Below, piece after piece: positions 32,272 to 41,718 of a stretch of 64,000 bases of DNA (position 1 is its first letter; each line of letters opens with the position of its first letter). Under the pieces are notes generated by a model that worked only from the letters and a program-made list of their open reading frames with translations, did no database searches and was not told the origin of the DNA. The stretch is from contig CAXXHO010000003.1 in assembly GCA_963667725.2 (NCBI GenBank), positions 320,001 through 384,000 on the forward strand. Direction: 5' to 3'. Both the position numbers and the translations under genes were made by a program. The stretch is from Treponemataceae bacterium. Lineage in GTDB: Bacteria; Spirochaetota; Spirochaetia; Treponematales; Rectinemataceae.

Positions 32272-32946
32272 ATGATAAAAAAAATAGATTGTTTTACTGG
32301 TCATCATAATTTAGAGAAATGTATAAATAAGACTAATTCGGAATATCGTCTATTTGACCCAGGCTTATATCTATATAATTTATTATGTAATACTTCTCAA
32401 GATGAAAAGTACAAATCAGAATATATAAAACTTGTATATACAACACTTGTTGCTTGGGGAATGAATTCTCGGGGTGCAAAACTAAGTAAATATGACGTTT
32501 TTGAAGCTTCAATTCTTGACAACCAATCAGTATTTGAAAGACTATCAATCAATAAAATAGAAAAATGTACAATTGAAAGTATAAAAAGTGATCTGAAAAT
32601 ACTGTTTAAAAATTTAAATCTTGTAAGGAAAGGGAATCCGAAATTAGTTACATTTACAAAGACCGTACATTTTTTCTTAACAGATTTAATAGTTCCAATG
32701 GACCGAACATATACAATACCATTTTTTCACACTTCATGGAGGTCAGAATATATCAAACAGTTTGATCTGTTATGTAAAATGGAGAATTTGTTCATGGATT
32801 TTGCAGCAAACAATTATGAAAATATAAATAAATTTAAAGATGAAAAATGGAATAGAAATATTCCTAAAATAATAGATAGTTTAGTAATTGGATATGAATA
32901 TTTTGAAAAAGCAAATAAGAAAAGACATAAAAAGAAAAATGCCTAA
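32272..32946 (+). CDS. Cassette 1: hypothetical protein, possibly HhH DNA-glycosylase-like
   Basis: LVAWGMNSRG and TKTVHFFLTDLIVPMDRTYT; stop TAA lies inside the inverse core GCCTAAC. Confidence 0.6.
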   Translation: MIKKIDCFTGHHNLEKCINKTNSEYRLFDPGLYLYNLLCNTSQDEKYKSEYIKLVYTTLVAWGMNSRGAKLSKYDVFEASILDNQSVFERLSINKIEKCTIESIKSDLKILFKNLNLVRKGNPKLVTFTKTVHFFLTDLIVPMDRTYTIPFFHTSWRSEYIKQFDLLCKMENLFMDFAANNYENINKFKDEKWNRNIPKIIDSLVIGYEYFEKANKKRHKKKNA

Positions 32947-33064
32947 CAAATGCTTCAACCTTATAAATCCTTTAGCACGTTTTGTGCAGAAATCTCATGC
33001 ACAAAACGCGCCAAGCCTTCGCAGTAGCTCAGGCACGCATTTAAAGGTTAAGCCAATGTTAGAT
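32941..33064 (+). repeat. attC site 1
   Basis: GCCTAAC...GCTTCAACCTT...AAGGTTAAGC...GTTAGAT, with an unpaired base in the L box. Confidence 0.88.
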
Positions 33065-33160
33065 TGTCGCCTTCGGCGCAAAAGTAGACATGTTGAATAA
33101 AATATCAATTATATTAAATCTATGCTAGATGAACGCCAAGTGGTAGGATAGGAGATCAAA

Positions 33161-34612
33161 ATGTACTTTAGTGATTTATTTGGTATCGATCAGAAACAAT
33201 TAGATGATTATGGTGCTTTAAATGTCTCACTAATAAATGATCTTCCACTCTTTATTGATCCTTTCTTGTTATTCAATAGCAAGAAAACAGAGTATATACG
33301 CTTACATGAAGAAATAATAAAGTATGTTATCTTTTTACGAGATGAAGCGTTAGCTGGGAAAATTGATAAAGGTTTAATAAGGCGATGGTTTTATTTTTCT
33401 GAGGTTAAACAAAACTGGCTTGGTTTCTGTTTAACTGGAAATTCAGGTACTGGACTTGGTGATGATTTTGCAGAAAGTTTATACGCAAACTTCTCTACAG
33501 TATTAAAAGATTTTGGCAATGAGACAATAGCAAAAAGCCATATTGAGAAATTATGCCTGTTTAAAGAAGGGATTGGAAAAGACAATATTAGTGATTTTAC
33601 AACAAACCTAATAAAACAATATTTACTTGAATACACTCAAGCATTTGCAAAGAAATATCTACAGGCTGATAGATGTAAAGAAATAATTGTTGATAAAGTA
33701 TATTTCAATTATAAGACTAGATCTTGGGTACAGCAAAAATATTTTCTACCCTATTTTGCTAATGACTATGTACTTCTTACACCACTTGATATCTTAACAA
33801 AAGATGATACTTGGATTAATAAAGCGTCATTATTTAGTACATTCAATAGTGTAGTAAGCTCGATTGAAAACATCGAATTGCGTTCACAATTAAATGACTA
33901 CTTCAGAAGCCGACTTCCCAAAGCACCAAGATCAAGAGATATTGAAGCTGCAAAGAGTTCTGTTCTTGCTAAGTATCCTGAGCTTATTGACTACTTTATC
34001 CGGTATAAGGAAAAGTATGGGAATCAAGCTGAAAGAATTAGTAAGAAAAAAGTTGCTGATACATATCAAAAGTTTGTAGCTGAATTAAGTGCATTTAGCT
34101 CAGTTCTGAAAGAAAGTACCAATTTTTATAATACTCCAACAGATTCGTATCAGGAAGCTCTAAAGAGAGTTATGTATCTAAAACAAGTGATTGAGAAAAA
34201 TGATGGATATAGACTTTTCTACCATAAGAATGAAGTAGTTGGAAATGAAAAAGATTTACATATTCTCTTTAGATTAGCTTGGTTCAATACTGTTTTTTCT
34301 GTTGATAGTGAGGTTAATAATGGTAGAGGTCCAGTAGATTATAAGATATCTAAAGGATTTTCTGACTCAACTTTAGTTGAATTCAAATTGGCTAGTAATA
34401 CTAAGCTTGAACAAAATATTAAAAAACAGCTGGAAATATATTTAGATGTAAATGCAACAAAAAAAGGAATAAAGGTAATTCTATTTTATACATTACATGA
34501 AGAAATTAAAGTAAAAGAACTATTAAAAAAATTGAAGATAGATAATAAAGAGAATGTTATTCTAATTGATGCACGAAAAGATAATAAGAAAAGCGCTTCA
34601 AATGTAAAATAA
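33161..34612 (+). CDS. Cassette 2: hypothetical protein with C-terminal PD-(D/E)xK nuclease-like motif
   Basis: EVNNGRGPVDYKISKG...LVEFKLASN; N-terminal DLPLFIDPFLL. Confidence 0.65.
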   Translation: MYFSDLFGIDQKQLDDYGALNVSLINDLPLFIDPFLLFNSKKTEYIRLHEEIIKYVIFLRDEALAGKIDKGLIRRWFYFSEVKQNWLGFCLTGNSGTGLGDDFAESLYANFSTVLKDFGNETIAKSHIEKLCLFKEGIGKDNISDFTTNLIKQYLLEYTQAFAKKYLQADRCKEIIVDKVYFNYKTRSWVQQKYFLPYFANDYVLLTPLDILTKDDTWINKASLFSTFNSVVSSIENIELRSQLNDYFRSRLPKAPRSRDIEAAKSSVLAKYPELIDYFIRYKEKYGNQAERISKKKVADTYQKFVAELSAFSSVLKESTNFYNTPTDSYQEALKRVMYLKQVIEKNDGYRLFYHKNEVVGNEKDLHILFRLAWFNTVFSVDSEVNNGRGPVDYKISKGFSDSTLVEFKLASNTKLEQNIKKQLEIYLDVNATKKGIKVILFYTLHEEIKVKELLKKLKIDNKENVILIDARKDNKKSASNVK

Positions 34613-34620
34613 AGCAATTC

Positions 34621-34725
34621 ATCTAATAAAAGCTTCAATCTTATAACACTCTTTGTCATGGTTTGTGCAGAACAACAATGCACAAACCATGACAAAGAGT
34701 GTTAAGGGTTAAGCCAATGCTCTAC
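34621..34725 (+). repeat. attC site 2 (both core sites mutated)
   Basis: ATCTAAT...GCTTCAATCTT...AGGGTTAAGC...GCTCTAC; long perfect inner stem TAACACTCTTTGTCATGGTTTGTGCA. Confidence 0.8.
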
Positions 34726-34788
34726 GGAACCTTTGTGCAAAAATTAAAAATACTTTATATTATCATTATAATATTGAAGGAGCAGTAA

Positions 34789-36237
34789 ATGAGCTGCAAT
34801 TTTAAAGAAATTGATTGGGGTCCAGATGAAGCAAAAAATGATCATAATCTTGAGAAGTATTTTGTAAAGATTCCCCAATATCAAGATATTTTATTGGGGA
34901 AAAAAAGGTATATAATTGGAAGAAAAGGAACAGGAAAAACAGCAATACTAGAGAGTATTCGAATAGAATCAGAAAAGAATCCATTATGGCAGTTTGCTGA
35001 TATATCATTAAAGAATTTTCCATTATCTATAATTAGAAACCTTAGAGATAAAAATTATCGTGATAAATCACAATATGTTCCAGCATGGTCATTCCTGTTG
35101 TTAATTGAATTAGCTAAAATGATATGTTCTGATGAATCCTCTAAGCCATTTGAAGAAGTCTTTCGTCTTAAAGAATTCTTGATTAGCAATAGATTCCTTG
35201 AGGGTACAATAACAGAAACAGCAACATTTCTTGAAGAAAATGAAGCCAAAGTTAATGTTGCATCTGAATGGTTAGGAGCTGAATATACAAAAAAGTATGG
35301 AAAAGAAATTAATACTTCAATTGTGTATCATAGAGTATTAGAAATTCTTATTGCGAAAATTAATCGAATTAATTCTGACTCAACTTATTTTTTATTGGTT
35401 GACGAGTTAGATGAAGGTTATAAAGCGAAAGATTCTAATATTAGGTTGTTAATATTGTCCTTATTGTGGAGCATAGAAAATTTAGCATTACTATTTAAAT
35501 ATGATAATATTAGGCTTCGATGTGTATTAGCGTTAAGATCAGATATTTATGAGACTTTAGAAGATAATGATTTAAATAAATATGATGATTACTTAATAAA
35601 ACTAATTTGGAATCCAAAACTGTTAGGGAATTATTCTATTTTAGAAATTGTTAATAAGAGAATAGTAGCTTCTTATCCTCAATTAGCTGATGATGAAAAT
35701 CCATGGTTGAAAATAGCAAATCAATATGATAGAAGTATTCCAATAAGAAGAGGTGGGCTTTGGGAGTTTATGTATAATAGAACATATGAAAGACCAAGAG
35801 ATATAATTAAATTTTTGAAGATCTGTCAAAACAAAACAAGAAGTAGAATATTAGATTATTCTATAGTAAAAGATACAGAACTAGATTATTCTACATGGCT
35901 TTGGGGAGAAATAAGAGATGAATTACATTCTCATTTAGCAGTATGGCAAGAAGCTTTACAGGCTATAACAAGAGTAAATAAAGGTAAATTTACCAGAGAA
36001 GAATATACCTATCAATTACAAGCTAGTTTAAAAATTGTTAAATGGCTTGAGGCAAATTACAAGACAGTAGATGATCTTATTGAAATTCTATTTGATTATA
36101 GTATAATTGGTAATTACTATCCAGAGACGGAAAGATGGATATTTAAATATAAAGATACAACATTAGCATGGGATCGTGATGCAAATATAATTGTTCACTT
36201 TGGCCTAGTTAAAAAATTAAGAATAAGGACTTATTAA
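34789..36237 (+). CDS. Cassette 3: P-loop ATPase (Sll1717/FunZ-like)
   Basis: IIGRKGTGKT (Walker A), LLVDELD (Walker B), LRSDI and RPRDII. Confidence 0.75.
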   Translation: MSCNFKEIDWGPDEAKNDHNLEKYFVKIPQYQDILLGKKRYIIGRKGTGKTAILESIRIESEKNPLWQFADISLKNFPLSIIRNLRDKNYRDKSQYVPAWSFLLLIELAKMICSDESSKPFEEVFRLKEFLISNRFLEGTITETATFLEENEAKVNVASEWLGAEYTKKYGKEINTSIVYHRVLEILIAKINRINSDSTYFLLVDELDEGYKAKDSNIRLLILSLLWSIENLALLFKYDNIRLRCVLALRSDIYETLEDNDLNKYDDYLIKLIWNPKLLGNYSILEIVNKRIVASYPQLADDENPWLKIANQYDRSIPIRRGGLWEFMYNRTYERPRDIIKFLKICQNKTRSRILDYSIVKDTELDYSTWLWGEIRDELHSHLAVWQEALQAITRVNKGKFTREEYTYQLQASLKIVKWLEANYKTVDDLIEILFDYSIIGNYYPETERWIFKYKDTTLAWDRDANIIVHFGLVKKLRIRTY

Positions 36238-36245
36238 AACAAGAC

Positions 36246-36368
36246 GAAGAACAACTGCTTCTACCTTATAAATCCTTTGGTATGGTTTGTGTATAAATGT
36301 CATGCACAAACCACGCTAAGCCTTCGCTTCGCTCAAACGCTGATTTAAAGGTTAAGCCAATGTTATGT
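36246..36368 (+). repeat. attC site 3
   Basis: GAAGAAC...GCTTCTACCTT...AAGGTTAAGC...GTTATGT; similar to attC1. Confidence 0.82.
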
Positions 36369-36439
36369 AGACCCTTCGGGAAATAAAATATTATAAAAAA
36401 ATAAATTTAAGTGTATACATACTAATCTAAGGATGTTGT

Positions 36440-37285
36440 ATGAATCAACCAGGTCCAGTATTTAATATTTTAGTACATCATGTAGAGCTAAGTCCAAGTC
36501 TGAGTGGGCTTGATATTGGATATGAATCTGGTAATTGGAGAAATGATCAATTAGCAGAATTTGTAATGGATTGGTTACCAGAATTTGCATTACCACTTCA
36601 GGAATGTGAAAAAATAGGTCATTATAATGCTGTTTCGTTTATTCGAAGAGCTGCAAGAATTGTTTATGAAACAGAAAAATTTTCAAAACGAGGAGAATTT
36701 GGAGAATTATTTTTACATATAGCAATGAGACAAATATTTAATTCATTGCCCGCAATATCTAAAATATATTATAAATCTGCTAATAATGATACTGTAAAGG
36801 GATTTGATGCTGTACATGTAGTTCCAATGCAAGATGGGCTTGAACTCTGGATAGGAGAAGCGAAATTTTATAGCGATATTAATGCTGCAATTCATGATGT
36901 AGTTAATGAACTAACTATACATACACAAATTGATTATTTACGAACTGAGTTTACATTAATAACAAATAAGATTGATGAAAAATTCCCACATTATGAAGTA
37001 TTAAAAAATTTGATGGATCCAAGAACATCACTAGATGAAATATTTAAAAGAGCTTGTATTCCTGTTCTACTGACTTACAATAGTGAAGTAATAAATAAAT
37101 ATAATAGAAATGATGGCGACTACATAGAAGATTTTAGAAAAGAAATATTAAGTAATTATAAGAAATTCTCAGAAAGCAAATTGCCTGAAAATATTCATAT
37201 ACATTTATTCCTTTTTCCAATAAAAGAAAAGGAACGACTTATTGAAGCATTAGATGCGAGGTTGAAAAAATGGCAACAAATTTAA
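36440..37285 (+). CDS. hamA: Hachiman antiphage protein HamA (DUF1837)
   Basis: GEFGELFLH, KGFDAVH and WIGEAKFY motifs; overlaps the helicase gene. Confidence 0.85.
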   Translation: MNQPGPVFNILVHHVELSPSLSGLDIGYESGNWRNDQLAEFVMDWLPEFALPLQECEKIGHYNAVSFIRRAARIVYETEKFSKRGEFGELFLHIAMRQIFNSLPAISKIYYKSANNDTVKGFDAVHVVPMQDGLELWIGEAKFYSDINAAIHDVVNELTIHTQIDYLRTEFTLITNKIDEKFPHYEVLKNLMDPRTSLDEIFKRACIPVLLTYNSEVINKYNRNDGDYIEDFRKEILSNYKKFSESKLPENIHIHLFLFPIKEKERLIEALDARLKKWQQI

Positions 37286-39405
37286 GCTATTCGCAGATGA
37301 TAGAAACGTTTAATAGTATTGAAAGTATTAGAAAACAAGAATTTAATTTACTGAAAAATATATCTTCAATATGTAATAATCCAGAAAAACAAGACGAAGG
37401 TAGAGAACTTGTTTTGAGAGTTCTTGAAAATAGAAATACTTTTATTAATACAAAACAAATAGTTAACTCACTAGTTTCTGCAGTAGGACTCTATCCATAT
37501 CTAGATCAGTCTATTATTGATTATAAAGATGCACTTTTGTATGAATACAATCGTCCACTATCATTTAGTAAAAGTAATATTGTATTTCATAAAGAGCAAA
37601 ATGAAATATATCGACGTCTACTTAAAGGTGATAGTGTAATATTAAGTGCTCCAACTAGCTTTGGAAAAAGCAAAATAATTGATGCAATAATTGCTTCTGA
37701 AAAATACAATAACATTGCAATTATTGTACCTACACTAGCTCTTATAGATGAAACAAGAAAAAGAGTATATAACATAGCTGAAAAGTATAAAGTTATTACT
37801 CATACTTCACAAAAGGCTAGTACTTATAATATTTTTGTCTTCACAGCAGAGAGGGCTGTAGCTTATGAAGAATTTCCCAAAATTGATTTTTTTGTCGTAG
37901 ATGAGTTTTATAAAATTGACGCAATTGAAGAAGATAATAGTAGGACAGTAGCATTAAATATTGCCTTCCGTAAGTTGCTTAGTTTTGGTGGTCAGTTTTA
38001 TATGTTGGGTCCAAGTATAGAAAAAATTCCTAAAGGTATAGAAGAAAAGTATCGGTGTTTTTTTTATCCTACAAAATTTAGTACAGTAGTATCTGAAACT
38101 CATTTTGTAAAAAAAAGCGGTAATGATATTTTTGATCTGGTTAAATTATGTTCTGAATTAAAAGATCCTACGCTAATCTATTGTAGATCACCAGCAAGAG
38201 CAAATGAAATAGCAAAAGCTTTTTGTGAATTCTATCCAAATAAGAAAAGTAAGATTTTAGATGGCGCTTCATCATGGGCTTCTAAAAATTACCATCCTGA
38301 ATGGATATGGGCTAAGGCAATTTCAAAAGGTATAGGCATTCATCATGGTAGAATACCAAGATCACTTGCACAGTTTACAATAAAAATGTTTAATGATTTA
38401 ATAATTGATTTCTTAATTTGTACAACAACTTTAATTGAAGGTGTAAATACTAAAGCCAAAAATGTCATAATATTTGATGATACAATAGGTAAAAAAGCAT
38501 TTGATTTTTTTACTTTCAATAATATAAGAGGTAGATCTGGTAGAATGTTTGAACACTTTATTGGACATGTATATCTGTTTTCTGCTCCTCCGTCCAAAGA
38601 ATTGCCTTTTGTAGACTTTCCTTTAGTAACACAAAATGAAAGAGTTCCTGATAGTTTACTAGTTCAATTAGATGAAATAGAGTTAAATCCTAACACAATT
38701 AGTCGTACAAGGCTCTGGACAGAACAAACAATTCTTCCGATTACAATTCTTCGACAAAATGCAACAATTGACCCAGAATCTCAAATAGAATTAGCGGAGG
38801 AAATTATTAATGATATTGATACTGTATATGAATTATTAAATTGGATTGGAATACCTAAATATAGACAATTAAAATATTCATGTGAAATAATATGGAAATA
38901 TTTTTATAAAGAAAATAGAAGTTTCGCGGTCTATTCGGCTAATCAGTTAACTTTTAAAATCAATCAATTGCAAAGAGATCCAAGTATTCCCACAAGAGTA
39001 CTCCAAGAACTAAATCAAGGAAAGTATTCAGCAAAAGACCCCGACGATGCAGTCGAAAAAGTATTATTTTTTGATCGAAATTGGGCAGGATTTGAATTAC
39101 CCAAATCGTTAATGGCACTTTCTAGAATACAGGAGTTTATTTTTAAAAGCAGGGGATTATCAGGAGGAGATTATAGTTTCTTTGCAAGTCAAATAGAATC
39201 ATTATTTCAAGAGCCAATACTTATTTCTTTAGAGGAATATGGATTACCGATGCAATTGACAAAAAAAATAATTCAATATATAGGGACGGATAATGACCTT
39301 GATATTGCTTTAAAATATTTAAAAAGAGTTGATATTGAAAAATTACCAATAAATGAGTTTGAAAAACTATTGGTAAGTGATGTAAAACATTACTTATCAA
39401 AATAA
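37270..39405 (+). CDS. hamB: Hachiman antiphage SF2 helicase HamB
   Basis: APTSFGKS, DEFYK, IHHG, TTTLIEGVN and GRSGR motifs. Confidence 0.85.
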   Translation: MATNLSYSQMIETFNSIESIRKQEFNLLKNISSICNNPEKQDEGRELVLRVLENRNTFINTKQIVNSLVSAVGLYPYLDQSIIDYKDALLYEYNRPLSFSKSNIVFHKEQNEIYRRLLKGDSVILSAPTSFGKSKIIDAIIASEKYNNIAIIVPTLALIDETRKRVYNIAEKYKVITHTSQKASTYNIFVFTAERAVAYEEFPKIDFFVVDEFYKIDAIEEDNSRTVALNIAFRKLLSFGGQFYMLGPSIEKIPKGIEEKYRCFFYPTKFSTVVSETHFVKKSGNDIFDLVKLCSELKDPTLIYCRSPARANEIAKAFCEFYPNKKSKILDGASSWASKNYHPEWIWAKAISKGIGIHHGRIPRSLAQFTIKMFNDLIIDFLICTTTLIEGVNTKAKNVIIFDDTIGKKAFDFFTFNNIRGRSGRMFEHFIGHVYLFSAPPSKELPFVDFPLVTQNERVPDSLLVQLDEIELNPNTISRTRLWTEQTILPITILRQNATIDPESQIELAEEIINDIDTVYELLNWIGIPKYRQLKYSCEIIWKYFYKENRSFAVYSANQLTFKINQLQRDPSIPTRVLQELNQGKYSAKDPDDAVEKVLFFDRNWAGFELPKSLMALSRIQEFIFKSRGLSGGDYSFFASQIESLFQEPILISLEEYGLPMQLTKKIIQYIGTDNDLDIALKYLKRVDIEKLPINEFEKLLVSDVKHYLSK

Positions 39406-39426
39406 TTATGATGATAGAATAGAGAT

Positions 39427-39550
39427 GCATAACAACCGCTTCAACCTATTAAGCCTTTTGTCATGGTTTTTTCGAGAAGATGACGCAAAAACCACGCCAA
39501 TCCTTCGCTTCGCTCAGGAGCAGGCGTTAAGGGTTAAGCTAATGTTAGGA
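39427..39550 (+). repeat. attC site 4
   Basis: GCATAAC...GCTTCAACCT...GGGTTAAGC...GTTAGGA. Confidence 0.85.
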
Positions 39551-39993
39551 TATGGATTATAAAACAATAGAGTATTTATAATGATCCATTATATAAAAAA
39601 ATGGCAACTGTCCAAGATGAGGAGTTAGCTTTTTCCATAATATGAAGCTTTAACAAGACTGGATTTAGCACTTTTAAAACTAGAATAATTGTTAATTAAA
39701 ACAAATTAAAATAAATAATGATAAATTGAAAAGATGATAAATTTAATGAACCCTATGGTACCTCCTTCACCAATACAATTTAACAACTCCTTACATATAT
39801 TTCTAAGCCTCAATTCTGTATACATGTTAGATGCATTCTAGTCTAAACCTGTTTCCATATGGAGGATTGCTATATCCCCTTTATAAGATGTATAAGCTTA
39901 TTATAAATAGGACTTCCGTAACTTATTCATTGGGACAGTAGGATAGATAATGAACCATTATATGGGGGAATGTATATCTCCATCCTGTATATA

Positions 39994-40092
39994 CCCCTTC
40001 ACCATTTCACCAATGATACTAATTACATAACATACAATAAAATAATAATGGTGAAAGGGGGTTAGCATATTTTCAGCACCTTCCTTTCACCA
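39994..40092. repeat. TTTCACCA iteron-like module, copy 2 (candidate origin)
   Basis: Direct and inverted TTTCACCA motifs around an AT-rich spacer, just downstream of the helicase-like gene. Confidence 0.55.
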
Positions 40093-40116
40093 TAAAAATC
40101 TATTCCTTGAGTTGGC

Positions 40117-41718
40117 CTATGCAGCTAGTTTGCGCCTGATTGAGTAAAAACGTTCCCGAGCATGACCTGTCTCGTAGGTAATATCATACCCATCGGAGTT
40201 CCCAACCATTTTTGACCACTTCTGCGCAAACCAATTCGCATTGTACCGATATGACAGTTGCTGACTCTTCATATACTCAGCAAAATACTTTGCAAGGGCA
40301 TTTGCCTTGTACTTCTCAGACTCAAGGGATGGGCTGAAACGTTCATAAAGGTAGTCAACAAAGCCTTGGAAGTTCGACATTTCGCTATCAAAAGACTTGT
40401 CTTCTTGTGAAAGGCTAAAGTCAAAGCAGTCAACCTCTGGATAGAAGATGGAAAGGAGTTTAGAAATTTGATATGACCAAGCTTCAAACTTTACTGCTGG
40501 ATGGACAACCTGAGTATGTGATTCATCCCCTCTTTCTGCCAACAGTTTTAACCCTGCAAAGATATCAGCAAGAACTCCCTCTCTCGCCTTAAGCAACTCC
40601 TCCAGTTTCTTCATCACCTCCGCACCATCCCCTTCCTTCATCAACCCCCTATCTTTCATCCTTATCACTACCAGCCGAGCTAAAAGATCTTCATTAATTG
40701 ATTCCTCAGTATTAAACGTCGCAAGGTACACCTTGTTATTAGGAGCCTTGAGATGTGCTTGGAGGAAGAACCATGCCTTGATGGTTGGATCGGTAATAGA
40801 TCGAGATATCCGAGTAAGCTTTTGGGGATTAGGCTTTACTATATTGTCAAAGAGGGCAAAGCGGTTCGAGAGGCCGGGAATGCCATTAACAATAGCATCG
40901 TCTTTTCCATCCCCTTCCATGTTAAGTGGCATGAAGCCTTGCACTATATGACTAGCATATTCAGCAACAGTCGTCTTCCCTGCTGATCGTGATGGAGCTA
41001 CGATCCCAAACAAAGGCCTTTTGCCATCATAGTATCGGGTAAGGAATGGTGACAGCAGTGCGGCTGCTAGCCTGTACTCATCTTTTATGGAGGCAGTTGT
41101 GAATGTACTCATTAGCTTCCTGAATTCGCCTGTGAACTGGCATGCATCCCCTTCGAATCGATCCTGACAGTTGCCAAGGTAGAAGGTCTGTGGGTCTTGG
41201 ACAATCTCCGGGACACAAGAGAATCGATTTATGGTCTTGGCATTCATCTTCAGGAACTCGAAGTACTTTAGTTCGGTAATTGGCATACCTGACTTGAATT
41301 CAAGGAGGAATCCCTTATTGCTGAGCCAAGGATGCATCTGGTTGAGATTCTTGAAGAAAGTACTGGGGTCATTACTATCCATGAGGTAGCGATGCCCTGA
41401 GCTGTCTTGAAAGGCCATAAGGAAAGGGAGAGGGGCTTTCATGTCATCTGTATAGTCAGTGAAGGCAGTCTGTTCAGTCTTGATCGTCGTTTTCGAGCTG
41501 TCCTTTTTATCAGGGGAGAGCCGGAAATCTTTTCTATAGTTTCGAATTATCAACTTCCCAGAATCAGTGCGGTTACTTTCCGGCTCCTGATGCTCGTCGG
41601 CTTCATCTGGGGCTAGGTCTTGTTCTGGTGCATCAGGCGTCTTTTGCATAGTTGGCTGTATTGCATCGCTACACTGAACGTCATTAGAACGTTCACCCCC
41701 ATCATTTTTTTCATTCAT
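40117..41718 (-). CDS. P-loop NTPase, putative replicative helicase of the element
   Basis: APSRSAGKTT (Walker A-like), ALFDN (Walker B-like), ATFN and DLLAR; follows int-xis. Confidence 0.55.
   Translation of the reverse strand: MNEKNDGGERSNDVQCSDAIQPTMQKTPDAPEQDLAPDEADEHQEPESNRTDSGKLIIRNYRKDFRLSPDKKDSSKTTIKTEQTAFTDYTDDMKAPLPFLMAFQDSSGHRYLMDSNDPSTFFKNLNQMHPWLSNKGFLLEFKSGMPITELKYFEFLKMNAKTINRFSCVPEIVQDPQTFYLGNCQDRFEGDACQFTGEFRKLMSTFTTASIKDEYRLAAALLSPFLTRYYDGKRPLFGIVAPSRSAGKTTVAEYASHIVQGFMPLNMEGDGKDDAIVNGIPGLSNRFALFDNIVKPNPQKLTRISRSITDPTIKAWFFLQAHLKAPNNKVYLATFNTEESINEDLLARLVVIRMKDRGLMKEGDGAEVMKKLEELLKAREGVLADIFAGLKLLAERGDESHTQVVHPAVKFEAWSYQISKLLSIFYPEVDCFDFSLSQEDKSFDSEMSNFQGFVDYLYERFSPSLESEKYKANALAKYFAEYMKSQQLSYRYNANWFAQKWSKMVGNSDGYDITYETGHARERFYSIRRKLAA

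Larger units (their letters stand above)
32232..39550 (+). mobile_element. Integron gene-cassette array without intI (CALIN), four cassettes
   Basis: Four related attC sites, each just downstream of co-oriented ORFs; core-site complementarity within each cassette. Confidence 0.85.

Noticed and set aside
32888..33100. 70-aa ORF across attC1 (likewise 34486-34695)
   Set aside because: Chance read-through of the attC palindrome
32941..39550. Four related repeats as a CRISPR array or simple terminators
   Set aside because: Units are over 100 bp, separated by whole genes, have attC box structure, and no cas genes are present
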